Shown here piece by piece: positions 41,043 through 50,276 of a stretch of 62,619 nucleotides of DNA; position 1 is the first letter of the stretch, and each line of letters opens with the position of its first letter. Below the pieces are notes generated by a model. It did no database searches, was not told the DNA's origin, and worked only from the letters and a program-made list of their open reading frames with translations. This stretch comes from Eubacteriales bacterium (lineage in GTDB: Bacteria > Bacillota > Clostridia > Oscillospirales > CAG-272). Location: positions 1 through 62,619 of the forward strand of contig JBGVNP010000109.1 of assembly GCA_045125655.1 (NCBI GenBank). The letters run 5' to 3'. A program made the translations under genes and the position numbers.

Positions 41043-41114
41043 TTTAAATAGATTGTAACATAATGTATGCGCTTTGTCAAGAGATATTTCAAAATATTTT
41101 TAAATAGATTGTAA
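41043..41114. repeat. Two copies of TTTAAATAGATTGTAA, 56 bp apart, in the divergent intergenic region
   Basis: Exact 16-mers at 41043-41058 and 41099-41114. They lie between the sdpR-like start (41019) and the promoter of the + operon. Confidence 0.6.
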
Positions 41115-41142
41115 TTTGTGCAATATGCCCAATTAATTAGTG

Positions 41143-41172
41143 TTGACAATCGTTATTTGTGTGTGTTATAAT
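41143..41172 (+). promoter_or_regulatory. Promoter of the GPH transporter / oxidoreductase pair
   Basis: TTGACA, 18 nt, TATAAT preceded by TGt. Confidence 0.65.
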
Positions 41173-41220
41173 GAATTGTTCTACTTATTGTAGACAAATT
41201 TCAACAAAGGAGACAGATTT

Positions 41221-42609
41221 ATGTCTAGTAAAAAATTATCAGTCGCGACTAAACTGAAATATGCAGTCGGCGACTTTGGTATGGCTATCGTAACAGCTAT
41301 ACTTCAATTTGGTCAAAATAAATATTACACTGACGTTGCCCAAATTGATCCTTGGATTATTGGTCTTGCTATGTTGCTCGGTAAAATCACATGGGATTTG
41401 GCTAACGACGTATTATTTGGATATCTTGAAGATAAAACAAAATCCAGATGGGGCAAACGCCGTCCATATCTTATTTTTGGAGCTTTTCCTTTTGCACTCT
41501 TCTTCTGGATAATGTTCTCATTGCCAATTTCTCAAGGAAACAAGGTTTTTGATTTCTTCCTTATTATCATTACTTTTATCGTCTTCGATACATTCCATAC
41601 CCTTACAAACACAGCATACTCTGCTATGACTGCCGAGATTACGGATGACTATGATGAAAGAACATCACTCACTACATATAGAATGATATTTAGCGTAATC
41701 GGTTATCTAGGCGGTGCCGCAACATCTCTTATTCTCCCCGGAATGGTAGCAGATATGTTCAATTTAACAATTCAAGAGGGTTGGAGCTACGTTGCTCTTG
41801 TTGTTGGTATTCTTGCGGGAATTGCAATTCTTATTCCCGGTTTGTTCCTTAAATACACACCGGCCGTTGAAGACAAGCCCCCTCAAATGCCTCCCCTTAA
41901 GGCCATTTTCACTACTCTTAAGAATAAACCCTTTGTTAGCTATCTTATCGTTACCATGATTATGAGCATAAGCTTCACTATGGTAACAAGTATGCTTGGA
42001 TATTACATCGATTCATACCTCAAAATTGAAGGTATTATGGGTACGCTTATTATGATAGCTATGCTCGTTGTGCTTGGTTTGTTCCTCGTTCCCTGCGGTA
42101 TTATTTCCAATAAGATTGGAAAGGCAAAAACCTATGCTCTTGGTCTTGGTATCGCATCCGCTGCTTTGATTGCAGTATTCTTCTTACCGGCAGATTGCGG
42201 TATTTGGATTTATATTTTCGCTGCAATGGCAGGTATGGGCTTCTCTGCACAGTGGGTTTGCCCTCACTCGATGATTCCCGACGTTATTGAATACGACGAA
42301 CTTGTTACAGGTGAGCGTCGCGAGGGCGTTTATTATGGCATGCAAGCTACAGCAACAAAGGTAACTGCTGCTTTGGCATCACTTATCACAAACTGGGTAT
42401 TGGATTTTGCAAAATACGACGTTAAATTGGGTCTTCAAAACCAACCCGAAAGTGCTCAGTTAGCGATAAGAATCCTCTTTGCGCTTATCCCCGCAATATT
42501 CCTTCTTATATGTGTTCCTTTGCTGATTAAATACCCTATCACTAAGGAATCACATGCAGAGGTCGTTAAGCAGCTTGAAGAAAGAAGAAAGCAAAACGAG
42601 GGAAAATAA
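41221..42609 (+). CDS. MFS transporter of the glycoside-pentoside-hexuronide (GPH):cation symporter family
   Basis: 462 aa, about 12 TM helices. The motif DKTKSRWGKRRPYLIFGAFPFA is typical of MelB/YicJ-like GPH carriers. Confidence 0.8.
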   Translation: MSSKKLSVATKLKYAVGDFGMAIVTAILQFGQNKYYTDVAQIDPWIIGLAMLLGKITWDLANDVLFGYLEDKTKSRWGKRRPYLIFGAFPFALFFWIMFSLPISQGNKVFDFFLIIITFIVFDTFHTLTNTAYSAMTAEITDDYDERTSLTTYRMIFSVIGYLGGAATSLILPGMVADMFNLTIQEGWSYVALVVGILAGIAILIPGLFLKYTPAVEDKPPQMPPLKAIFTTLKNKPFVSYLIVTMIMSISFTMVTSMLGYYIDSYLKIEGIMGTLIMIAMLVVLGLFLVPCGIISNKIGKAKTYALGLGIASAALIAVFFLPADCGIWIYIFAAMAGMGFSAQWVCPHSMIPDVIEYDELVTGERREGVYYGMQATATKVTAALASLITNWVLDFAKYDVKLGLQNQPESAQLAIRILFALIPAIFLLICVPLLIKYPITKESHAEVVKQLEERRKQNEGK

Positions 42610-42612
42610 CAA

Positions 42613-44112
42613 ATGAAAATAACAATAATCGGCGCGGGACTTGGCGGTCTTACCTTTGGTGCTCTTGCAGCTAAGGACGGACACAAGGTCACTATATACG
42701 AAAAAAACTCAAAGCCGGGCGGAGTTGTTGCTCTGCTTGAGCACGATGGCTATAAATTTGAGCAAGGTCCTCTTCTCATAGGTGATATGCTTGAAGGAGA
42801 GCCAATATATGAATTTCTTAAAGAGCTTGGAATAACTCTTGACACCGTTCGCGCAGACAGAGATATTATCATGCCCGACTATGAAATGGTTGCGCCCAAG
42901 GAATATCGCGGAGAATATTGGCGCCGTGACCGTCTTAAAGAGCTTTTTCCCGAAGAAGCGGACAATCTTGATAGATACTACAAATTCTACGATGACGTTA
43001 TGCATATTAGATATTTATCCACGCTTCCGCAGACAGCAATCAACAAAATCAAGCTCGCTTTCGCATTTTTAAAGATAAAAAAATACGTCAATATGAATGC
43101 AGATGAGCTTACAAGGCACTTTTTCAACACCGAAAAGATAAGGACGCTTTACACAGGCATATTTGCTGATTTTTGTGCAGATCCCTGCGAAGCTCAAGGT
43201 CTTGGGGTTGTATTCACAAACTTCGAAACCGCCTTTGACAAGAGAATCCCTCTTGAGAAAAAGGGCAAAAAATATTATCCCGGATATTGCTACGTGGTCG
43301 GTGGATGTCAGAAGATCCCCGAAGCTTTAGCGGATTATATCACCTCTCACGGTGGAGAAATACATTATAACACCATCGTTGAAAAGGTTTTGGTAGAAGA
43401 AAAGCAGGTTAAGGGCATTCGTCTTGAAAACGGTGAAACCGTTGAGAGCAATATGGTTGTCGGCTGCGGCGGTGGACGCGATTTCTTCTTCAACACTGTA
43501 GGAGCTGAGCATCTTGATGATAATTATCTCAATATACTCAACACGTTCCGCCCCATGGAAGCGGTATTTATGCTCCATCTCGGTGTTGACATCGATCCTA
43601 TGAAATATATGCGCTCTGCTCTTTCCTATTGCTATGGTATGTATGATCTTCACGCGGCTACCGAAAAGCTCAGAAACGGAGAGTATCACGGCGGATATGA
43701 CGGATATCTTCTCTTTGTTCCCTCTCATCACGCGCCCGAGTTTGCGCCCGACGGCAAGCACTGTCTAACTATTTATACGGTTGCTCCCGATACGCTTAAA
43801 GATGCCGATTGGGATGAAAAGAAGGATGAATATGCAAAGATGCTCATTTCCCTTGCAGAAAAGCAAATTCCTGAGTTATCAAAGCATATTACCACTATGA
43901 AAATTATGACTGCAAAGGATTATAGGGAGTACACTCATATGAGTAAGTGCTCGTTCGGTGGCGTAGTTCCGATTTGGAATCAACAAAATCCAACGCACAT
44001 CACTCCGGTCAAGAATCTTATTTTCGTCGGTCAGCAAAGTGAAAATGCCGGTGGACTCGGAAACGTTATTATGGGTTCTAAATCCGCTTATGAAAAAGCA
44101 TTTAAAGAATAA
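42613..44112 (+). CDS. FAD/NAD(P)-dependent oxidoreductase of the phytoene desaturase (CrtI)-like family
   Basis: 499 aa. N-terminal Rossmann motif KITIIGAGLGGLTFGALAAKDGHKVTIYEKNSKPGG. C-terminal FVGQQSENAGGL-type FAD motif. Confidence 0.75.
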   Translation: MKITIIGAGLGGLTFGALAAKDGHKVTIYEKNSKPGGVVALLEHDGYKFEQGPLLIGDMLEGEPIYEFLKELGITLDTVRADRDIIMPDYEMVAPKEYRGEYWRRDRLKELFPEEADNLDRYYKFYDDVMHIRYLSTLPQTAINKIKLAFAFLKIKKYVNMNADELTRHFFNTEKIRTLYTGIFADFCADPCEAQGLGVVFTNFETAFDKRIPLEKKGKKYYPGYCYVVGGCQKIPEALADYITSHGGEIHYNTIVEKVLVEEKQVKGIRLENGETVESNMVVGCGGGRDFFFNTVGAEHLDDNYLNILNTFRPMEAVFMLHLGVDIDPMKYMRSALSYCYGMYDLHAATEKLRNGEYHGGYDGYLLFVPSHHAPEFAPDGKHCLTIYTVAPDTLKDADWDEKKDEYAKMLISLAEKQIPELSKHITTMKIMTAKDYREYTHMSKCSFGGVVPIWNQQNPTHITPVKNLIFVGQQSENAGGLGNVIMGSKSAYEKAFKE

Positions 44113-44150
44113 AAAAACAAACCCTGTGGAATTTCCACAGGGTTATTTTT
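44113..44150. terminator. Bidirectional terminator (oxidoreductase / tsf)
   Basis: AAAAAAACAA ACCCTGTGGAA at TTCCACAGGGT TATTTTT. Confidence 0.7.
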
Positions 44151-44163
44151 AATAATTAATTTA

Positions 44164-45090
44164 TTATTTGTTTGTGAGCTTTGCAATCTCTTCAGCAAAG
44201 TTTTCTTCCTTCTTCTGAATACCTTCGCCCTTTTCAAATCTGCAGAATCCTGTAACTGTGATGTTACCGCCGAATTCCTTAGCAGACTGTGCAACGTACT
44301 GGCAAACCTTAAGGGAATCTTCCTTAACGTATGCCTGCTCAAGCAAGCAGTTGTTGTCGTAGAACTTACCGATTCTACCAAGAACCATCTTCTCAATGAT
44401 CTGAGCGGGCTTCTTGGAGTTAACGGGATCGTTAGCAATCTGAGCCATAAGGATGCTCTTTTCTTCCTCAATTACGGAAGCAGGAACGGATTCCTTGTTA
44501 AGGTAAGCAACGGGATATGCACCAACCTGGAGAGCGATGTTCTTAGCGAACTCAGCAAATTCAGGGTGATTTACAGCTGCTTCATCAGCATCGAAGGATA
44601 CGATAACGCCGATAGAACCAAGGCCGTGAATGTATGTGCTTGTTGTACCCTCAACGATAACGAAACGACGAATGTCAAGCTTCTCACCGATCATAGCGAT
44701 CTTTTCAACGAGAGAATCCTTAACGAGTGTTTCTGTACCGTCAAACTTTGTATTGAGAAGAGCCTCAAGATCAGCGGGCTTATTAGCGATAACTGTTCTG
44801 AGAAGTCCCTTAACGAATTCCTTGAATGTATCGTTCTTAGCAACGAAGTCAGTTTCAGAGTTAACCTCAACCATAGCTGTTACGTTACCAACTGTCATGA
44901 TATCAACGATACCCTCAGCTGCGATTCTGCTTTCCTTCTTAGCAGCGGTAGCAAGACCCTTTTCGCGAAGAAGCTTAACTGCCTTTTCGATGTCGCCGTC
45001 AGCCTCAACAAGAGCCTTCTTGCAGTCCATCATACCAAGTCCTGTTTTTGCGCGCAAAGCCGCAACGTCTTTTGCTGTAATATTAGCCAT
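44164..45090 (-). CDS. tsf: Translation elongation factor Ts
   Basis: 308 aa. UBA-like N-terminus ITAKDVAALRAKTGLGMMDCKKAL. Confidence 0.97.
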   Translation of the reverse strand: MANITAKDVAALRAKTGLGMMDCKKALVEADGDIEKAVKLLREKGLATAAKKESRIAAEGIVDIMTVGNVTAMVEVNSETDFVAKNDTFKEFVKGLLRTVIANKPADLEALLNTKFDGTETLVKDSLVEKIAMIGEKLDIRRFVIVEGTTSTYIHGLGSIGVIVSFDADEAAVNHPEFAEFAKNIALQVGAYPVAYLNKESVPASVIEEEKSILMAQIANDPVNSKKPAQIIEKMVLGRIGKFYDNNCLLEQAYVKEDSLKVCQYVAQSAKEFGGNITVTGFCRFEKGEGIQKKEENFAEEIAKLTNK

Positions 45091-45123
45091 TATTTTATCC
45101 TCACTTAATTTTTAAGAATTAAA

Positions 45124-45858
45124 TTATTCTGCTGCTTCTTCAACAGGAGCTTCTGTTGTTTCTGCAACTGTCTGTTCGCCCTGCTTACCTTCGATAACTG
45201 CATCAGCAATTACAGAGGAGATGAGCTTGATAGCGCGAATAGCGTCATCGTTACCGGGGATTACGTAGTCTGCATCGTCGGGATCGCAGTTTGTATCAAC
45301 GATAGCAACAACCGGAATACCGAGCTTCTTTGCTTCGAGAACTGCATTTCTTTCCTTCTTGGGGTCAACGATGAAGATCGCTGCAGGAAGTGTATCCATA
45401 TCCTTGATACCGCCGTAGCTCTTTTCAAGGTCGAAAATTTCCTTCTGCTTCATAGCAACTTCCTTCTTGGGAAGAGAGTTGAATGTGCCGTCTTCTTCCA
45501 TCTTTGTAAGCGCGTTAAGACGTGCGATGGACTTCTTGATTGTCTTGTGGTTTGTGAGCATACCGCCGGGCCAACGAACGTTTACGTAGTACATGCCGCA
45601 ACGAAGAGCTTCTTCCTTAATAGCATCTGTTGCCTGCTTCTTTGTACCAACGAAAAGAATGTTTCCGCCTTCTGCTGCGATATCACGTACAAACATGTAA
45701 GCTTCTTCAAACTTCTTAACAGTCTTCTGAAGGTCGATGATGTAGATACCGTTTCTTTCTGTGAAGATGTACTCGCTCATTTTGGGGTTCCATCTTCTTG
45801 TGTGATGTCCGAAATGGACGCCAGCTTCAAGGAGCTGCTTGATTGAAATAATTGACAT
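45124..45858 (-). CDS. rpsB: 30S ribosomal protein S2
   Basis: [30 protein letters not shown] at 45858 has an AAGGAGG RBS. The track start at 45933 lies in the leader. Confidence 0.97.
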   Translation of the reverse strand: MSIISIKQLLEAGVHFGHHTRRWNPKMSEYIFTERNGIYIIDLQKTVKKFEEAYMFVRDIAAEGGNILFVGTKKQATDAIKEEALRCGMYYVNVRWPGGMLTNHKTIKKSIARLNALTKMEEDGTFNSLPKKEVAMKQKEIFDLEKSYGGIKDMDTLPAAIFIVDPKKERNAVLEAKKLGIPVVAIVDTNCDPDDADYVIPGNDDAIRAIKLISSVIADAVIEGKQGEQTVAETTEAPVEEAAE

Positions 45859-45997
45859 TTTAAATGTCCTCCTTCGGTTTTTTCCACCACAGATAGCCAA
45901 CAATCGCAATTGCTGAAGCAGCAACACCGGCATTGTTTCGTGCCTCTGTGTGTGTATTTTTTAAAATTTTGCACGCTCTCGCGCACAATTACAAACG

Positions 45998-46026
45998 ATT
46001 ATAACATAACTATATATATTTTTCAA
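45998..46026 (-). promoter_or_regulatory. Promoter of rpsB-tsf
   Basis: Minus strand reads TTGAAA, 17 nt, TATAAT. It implies a leader of about 130 nt. Confidence 0.6.
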
Positions 46027-46064
46027 CACCCAATTTTAAAGTTTACAATTTGTTTACATTTTCC

Positions 46065-46352
46065 TCAATCAAACAGCCCCTTTTTCTTCTTTTTGCAAAA
46101 AGCATCAAGCTCATGCGACTGAAATCTCACTAATATCGTATCCTCACCTATACACTCTATTTTGCACCAAGGTATCACTACCTTATCACTTGATGTAAGC
46201 CCTAAAAATCCGCTTCCCCGTTCGATTACAAGTCCCGTTATAAGTGCACTGCAAGTATCAAATTCAAAGTCACAAGCATAGCCGAGGCGCGCTCCGTCAC
46301 AAAGATTTATTATCTCCTTTTTTCTTAGATCCGCAGTTGAAATTATGCTCAT
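46065..46352 (-). CDS. YlmC/YmxH-family sporulation protein (PRC-barrel)
   Basis: 95 aa. LRKKEIINLCDGARLGYACDFEFD...ITGLVI is typical of YlmC/YmxH. Confidence 0.8.
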   Translation of the reverse strand: MSIISTADLRKKEIINLCDGARLGYACDFEFDTCSALITGLVIERGSGFLGLTSSDKVVIPWCKIECIGEDTILVRFQSHELDAFCKKKKKGLFD

Positions 46353-46366
46353 ATCTCCTCCAAAAT

Positions 46367-46396
46367 ATTAAGCACCGACTTTTGTCGGTGCTTAAT
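46367..46396 (-). terminator. Terminator after spoIIIAH
   Basis: ATTAAGCACCGAC aaaa GTCGGTGCTTAAT followed by ATTTT on the minus strand. Confidence 0.6.
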
Positions 46397-46398
46397 GC

Positions 46399-46992
46399 TT
46401 AGTTCTTCTCTATGTACTTTACGTTTACGGGCTTTATTCCTGTCTGCTCATAAACTATCTCGTTGATCTGAGCCATCTGGTTGGGGAGCAAGCCCTCGCT
46501 CATAACTACCACTGTGCAAGTACCGTCATTAACGATTGCAACGCACTGCTCAAATCCCTTTGCCATAACCATTGCCTCGATATTTGCCTCTGCCTCAATA
46601 TTGGCAGCCATGGTTGCGATGTCCTCAAGCGCCTGATTCTTCTCTGCACTGTCTGCTTCGCTCGAATCAACCACGTTCTGCAATACTGCAAGTGCTTCAT
46701 CTCTTGCTCTGTCGCGGCTTACCTGAGTGGATGCAAAGTATGCAAGCACCTCACTGCTCTCATCTTCAAGCTCATTTCCTGCAGCTCCTGCGCCGTTGTT
46801 GTAGTCATAACCGTCATTGGTATCTGCAAAGAGTACCCAGTTAAGACATATTGCAACACCCAACAAGAGCACAGAGCCAATAATGATAAGGTTTCTTTTA
46901 CCTACGCGAGCAAAAAAAGCTTTGACCTTTTCAAGGAGGGTTTCCTCCTCCTCTGCTGCTTCTATCAATTCGTACTTTTCTTCAGTATTCAT
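46399..46992 (-). CDS. spoIIIAH: Stage III sporulation protein AH
   Basis: Last gene of the operon. One TM helix, acidic linker, YscJ/FliF-like C-domain (FEQCVAIVNDGTCTVVV). Confidence 0.8.
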   Translation of the reverse strand: MNTEEKYELIEAAEEEETLLEKVKAFFARVGKRNLIIIGSVLLLGVAICLNWVLFADTNDGYDYNNGAGAAGNELEDESSEVLAYFASTQVSRDRARDEALAVLQNVVDSSEADSAEKNQALEDIATMAANIEAEANIEAMVMAKGFEQCVAIVNDGTCTVVVMSEGLLPNQMAQINEIVYEQTGIKPVNVKYIEKN

Positions 46993-47061
46993 AAAATTTC
47001 CTCCATTTGTTGTAGTACACTATACTTTATTCTTGTGTTCTCCGTTTTAGAACATCTAAAT

Positions 47062-47580
47062 TCAATTTTTGCCCTCGGCAACGTATATTTTGTTTTTGGC
47101 TACACCGAGTGCCGACGATACAAGACTTATGATATCGTTTGCCACCGTTGGATTCCCTCCTCCCTTGCACACTATCGCCACTCCGCTTATGCTGGGCATT
47201 TTTTCATATAAGCATATCATCTTTTCATCATCACCGCTTCCGACTATTATATATTTCTTTTCGAAATCGACTCCGTTTGAGGTGGCTTTACTCTCCTCGT
47301 TATGTGCATACACAAGCTCAAAGCCACTCTCAAAATAAACGCTTACCTCAACATTGGATGCCCCCCTAACCTTAGTGCATAAGCTTTTGAGCTTTCCCTC
47401 TATTTTCTGCTCATAATCCTCCAGTCTTGACTGATCATCCTTAATGCTCACGCTCTCGCTTTTTGAGGGCCATAGTAGCAAAATGACCGCAACAAAAACA
47501 ATTAATATAATCAAGGCAAGACCTTTTTGTTCCTTTATGTAAGAAAACACGCTAACGCGATTGGGCTTTTGGTTATTCAT
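47062..47580 (-). CDS. spoIIIAG: Stage III sporulation protein AG
   Basis: Position in operon. TM helix plus ring-forming C-domain (ISGVAIVCKGGGNPTV). Confidence 0.8.
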   Translation of the reverse strand: MNNQKPNRVSVFSYIKEQKGLALIILIVFVAVILLLWPSKSESVSIKDDQSRLEDYEQKIEGKLKSLCTKVRGASNVEVSVYFESGFELVYAHNEESKATSNGVDFEKKYIIVGSGDDEKMICLYEKMPSISGVAIVCKGGGNPTVANDIISLVSSALGVAKNKIYVAEGKN

Positions 47581-48085
47581 TTTTGCTCCTTCCTGATTTT
47601 ATCAGCACCTGACATTCACATTTTAATTTACTTGTTATATACTCTTCAATTCTATATGGATTTTGGAATATGGAATTTCCAGAAAGAAGAATTTGGACGC
47701 TTTTTATAGTAGGTGGCTCGTTCGCGCTTTCAATGCTTAAGCGAATATCCATATCATTTTGTGGAATACCAAATTCCTTATTCAACATATCTGCTATTGT
47801 TTCTTTTATATCGTTATAGGAATAGCTTTCCAAATACTCGCGAAAAATTTTATCGTAATCTTCCGTTTTTTCTGTATCGGAAGTTAGCTTATCTTTAAGG
47901 TCATCAAAAAAGTCACCGTCAAGATTTTTCAGAAAATTGGTTATTGGCGATACCATCACACATAGGATCACAAGCATTCCAACAATTCGAACGTATTTTT
48001 CTATTCCACTATTATCGGGAGCAAGCACGTGAAAAAGTCCAATAGTCACCGAAGCTATTATTACCGTAAAAACGTATTCACTCAT
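47573..48085 (-). CDS. spoIIIAF: Stage III sporulation protein AF
   Basis: Position in operon. Two N-terminal TM helices and a size of about 170 aa. Confidence 0.75.
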   Translation of the reverse strand: MSEYVFTVIIASVTIGLFHVLAPDNSGIEKYVRIVGMLVILCVMVSPITNFLKNLDGDFFDDLKDKLTSDTEKTEDYDKIFREYLESYSYNDIKETIADMLNKEFGIPQNDMDIRLSIESANEPPTIKSVQILLSGNSIFQNPYRIEEYITSKLKCECQVLIKSGRSKNE

Positions 48086-48088
48086 ATT

Positions 48089-49219
48089 TTAGCTTAATGG
48101 AGAGATAGATTTGGCAAATAGAGTTATCAAAAACAAAAGCACGACCGAGCAGATCGAAAGTATCGCTAAGGCATAGCCGTATATACTTGACATTTCCATA
48201 AGCAGTGTCCCCTCTCTTTCACATCCTATAAGTCCAGCAAGTGCATTTGATATAATGAATGAAATCCTATATAAAAATATTGTAATGACGGTTGGCATTA
48301 CAATTAGCAAAAAAATCACCACGAGAGCAACACCAACGCTTGATCGCAGATATTCTATGCTTGCACCCACGGTGCGAAGGGTTTCGCCTATCGTACCACC
48401 CACCACGGGAATTATCTGCGTTGCAAGCATTTTAGCCGCCTTGGAGCTTAAGGTGTCTGCTTTGGAAGATAGTAAATTCTGAGTTGATATGACCGTTGTG
48501 AAAACAAGCATTATAAATCCGACAAAGAAGGTAAATGCCTTTTTTATTGCGGAACTTATAGATATAAGACCACCCTCAGAAATAAAGCTCGATGCGAGAG
48601 TTAGCGAAGTGCAAACTCCAAGTATCATTTCAAGTGCCAAAATACATACGTTTTCAAACAATGTAAGAAATACTATCATTCCGTAATTTTGCACAAGTGC
48701 ACTTGATATATTTCCGCCAATTGCGAGCATTGACACAAGCAGGGGCGAAGCAGTATTGACATATATCTTTATTCTGTCGAGCAGTAAAACCGCTTGTTCA
48801 AGCGGCTCTCGGCTAAGCTCCATAACCGCGCAAACAACTATCATCGCGCTAAGGAGCTTTAATGCACGGGCGGTGGCATCGTTTTTTAAGCTTTTAAATA
48901 TTGAATTTAAAATGGAGGTTAAAAGCAAAGCCGCACAAAGCGATGCCAACGCCTTGATAGATTTTTTAATATTCAATCCTAAAATCTCGAATATCATTTC
49001 TAATAGAAAGCTCCACGAGGTCATATCCTCTGCCGCTTGTCCTATTGCTTCGGGATCATTGCTGAACAGTCCTTCGGGCAGTAGCTCCCTTATATCATCG
49101 GGCAATCCTTCAAGAAACTCTTCATATTCGTCGGGTACTACCTCTTCTGCATATATTCCGATTGAAAAAGCAGAAAAAAAGATGATAAGGATAATAAAAA
49201 ATATAAGCTTCTTTACCAT
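48089..49219 (-). CDS. spoIIIAE: Stage III sporulation protein AE
   Basis: 376 aa. Signal peptide plus a polytopic permease-like body. Position in operon. Confidence 0.85.
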   Translation of the reverse strand: MVKKLIFFIILIIFFSAFSIGIYAEEVVPDEYEEFLEGLPDDIRELLPEGLFSNDPEAIGQAAEDMTSWSFLLEMIFEILGLNIKKSIKALASLCAALLLTSILNSIFKSLKNDATARALKLLSAMIVVCAVMELSREPLEQAVLLLDRIKIYVNTASPLLVSMLAIGGNISSALVQNYGMIVFLTLFENVCILALEMILGVCTSLTLASSFISEGGLISISSAIKKAFTFFVGFIMLVFTTVISTQNLLSSKADTLSSKAAKMLATQIIPVVGGTIGETLRTVGASIEYLRSSVGVALVVIFLLIVMPTVITIFLYRISFIISNALAGLIGCEREGTLLMEMSSIYGYALAILSICSVVLLFLITLFAKSISPLS

Positions 49220-49602
49220 GATGACAGTTCTCTTGAAACATTGATTATTTCTTCAATGAGTGGCAAGCTAAGGACCAGTATTTCTATTTTTCCGATCGTG
49301 TCTATACCGTTTGCCAAAGCGCCCTCATCACAGTCCCTGCATATTTCACTTGTAATTTGTGTTATGTATGCTATGCTTATTGCTTTCAATATAAGGGATA
49401 GATATTCTACCGAAAAAGCTCCACCCGACAGCTCCTTGAGATACTTTAGTAGTGGCTCGGATATTGTAATAATTAATCCAAACAAAATAAGCGTTCCTGC
49501 CACTCTACCCGGTAAAACAAATCCCGAGCTATAGTTTTTCAAAACCACGAACAACAATGCACACATAATACCTAAAGCACAAATTTTTACAGTGTCATTC
49601 AA
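49213..49602 (-). CDS. spoIIIAD: Stage III sporulation protein AD
   Basis: 129 aa, four TM helices, ITSEICRDCDEGALANGI motif. Position in operon. Confidence 0.85.
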   Translation of the reverse strand: MNDTVKICALGIMCALLFVVLKNYSSGFVLPGRVAGTLILFGLIITISEPLLKYLKELSGGAFSVEYLSLILKAISIAYITQITSEICRDCDEGALANGIDTIGKIEILVLSLPLIEEIINVSRELSSW

Positions 49603-49793
49603 AGCTCAAACACATCCTTGATCTTTTCAAATAATGATTCAAGCTCGCCTATGAGCAAGAGAAATACGACCACCATTCCCGATATGATGAGCATAAGTCC
49701 CTGCTCGTCCCTGCCCGATTTGTTAAGTATCTGCGCCACAAGTGAAATTAGCAATCCTATTCCTGCAATTTTAAATATCAAGTTTATTTCCAT
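49599..49793 (-). CDS. spoIIIAC: Stage III sporulation protein AC
   Basis: 64 aa, two TM helices (IFKIAGIGLL...NKSGRDEQG). Confidence 0.85.
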   Translation of the reverse strand: MEINLIFKIAGIGLLISLVAQILNKSGRDEQGLMLIISGMVVVFLLLIGELESLFEKIKDVFEL

Positions 49794-50276
49794 TTACAGC
49801 AATATCAAAAACAGCGAAAGCGATATTGAAACACTGATCGCTAACGATAGCTTTTTGTCCTTTCTTCTTTTTTCATAATATATCTTTCTCAGTTCTTCAA
49901 GCTCCAAGCTATATCTATCACATGATCTTATCTGCTCGGAAAGGTATCCTCTGCCATAATCCGCAGAAAAACGGTATAAAACGTCTATTGCATCCTCATC
50001 AATAAAGAACGACGCTCCGTCAAGCGCTTTGTCAAGCGTTGAAGTGTTTTTGCAATCATTAATACCACAAAGCTCCAACAGCTCAGGGGAACAAGAGCCC
50101 ATTATCGAGTCTATCGGCTTCATATAGCATTCAACTTGATTTTTTATGTATTTTAAGAGTTTGATGTAGGCGTCGAGCTGTGTGCATTTCTTTTTTTGAA
50201 AGCTATCCCTAGCAAGATAAAACCATATTCCCGAACCGACAAGACATATTCCGCCAAGAAGTCTATAAATGAGCAT
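49794..50276 (-). CDS. spoIIIAB: Stage III sporulation protein AB
   Basis: 160 aa, terminal TM helices, GspF-like cytoplasmic domain. Position in operon. Confidence 0.8.
   Translation of the reverse strand: MLIYRLLGGICLVGSGIWFYLARDSFQKKKCTQLDAYIKLLKYIKNQVECYMKPIDSIMGSCSPELLELCGINDCKNTSTLDKALDGASFFIDEDAIDVLYRFSADYGRGYLSEQIRSCDRYSLELEELRKIYYEKRRKDKKLSLAISVSISLSLFLILL

Noticed and set aside
44566-45115. 180-aa and 161-aa plus-strand ORFs over tsf; also 44088-44471 (-) and 45547-45846 (+) over tsf/rpsB
   Set aside because: These are alternative-frame or antisense shadows of highly biased ribosomal-class genes. No start signals are present.
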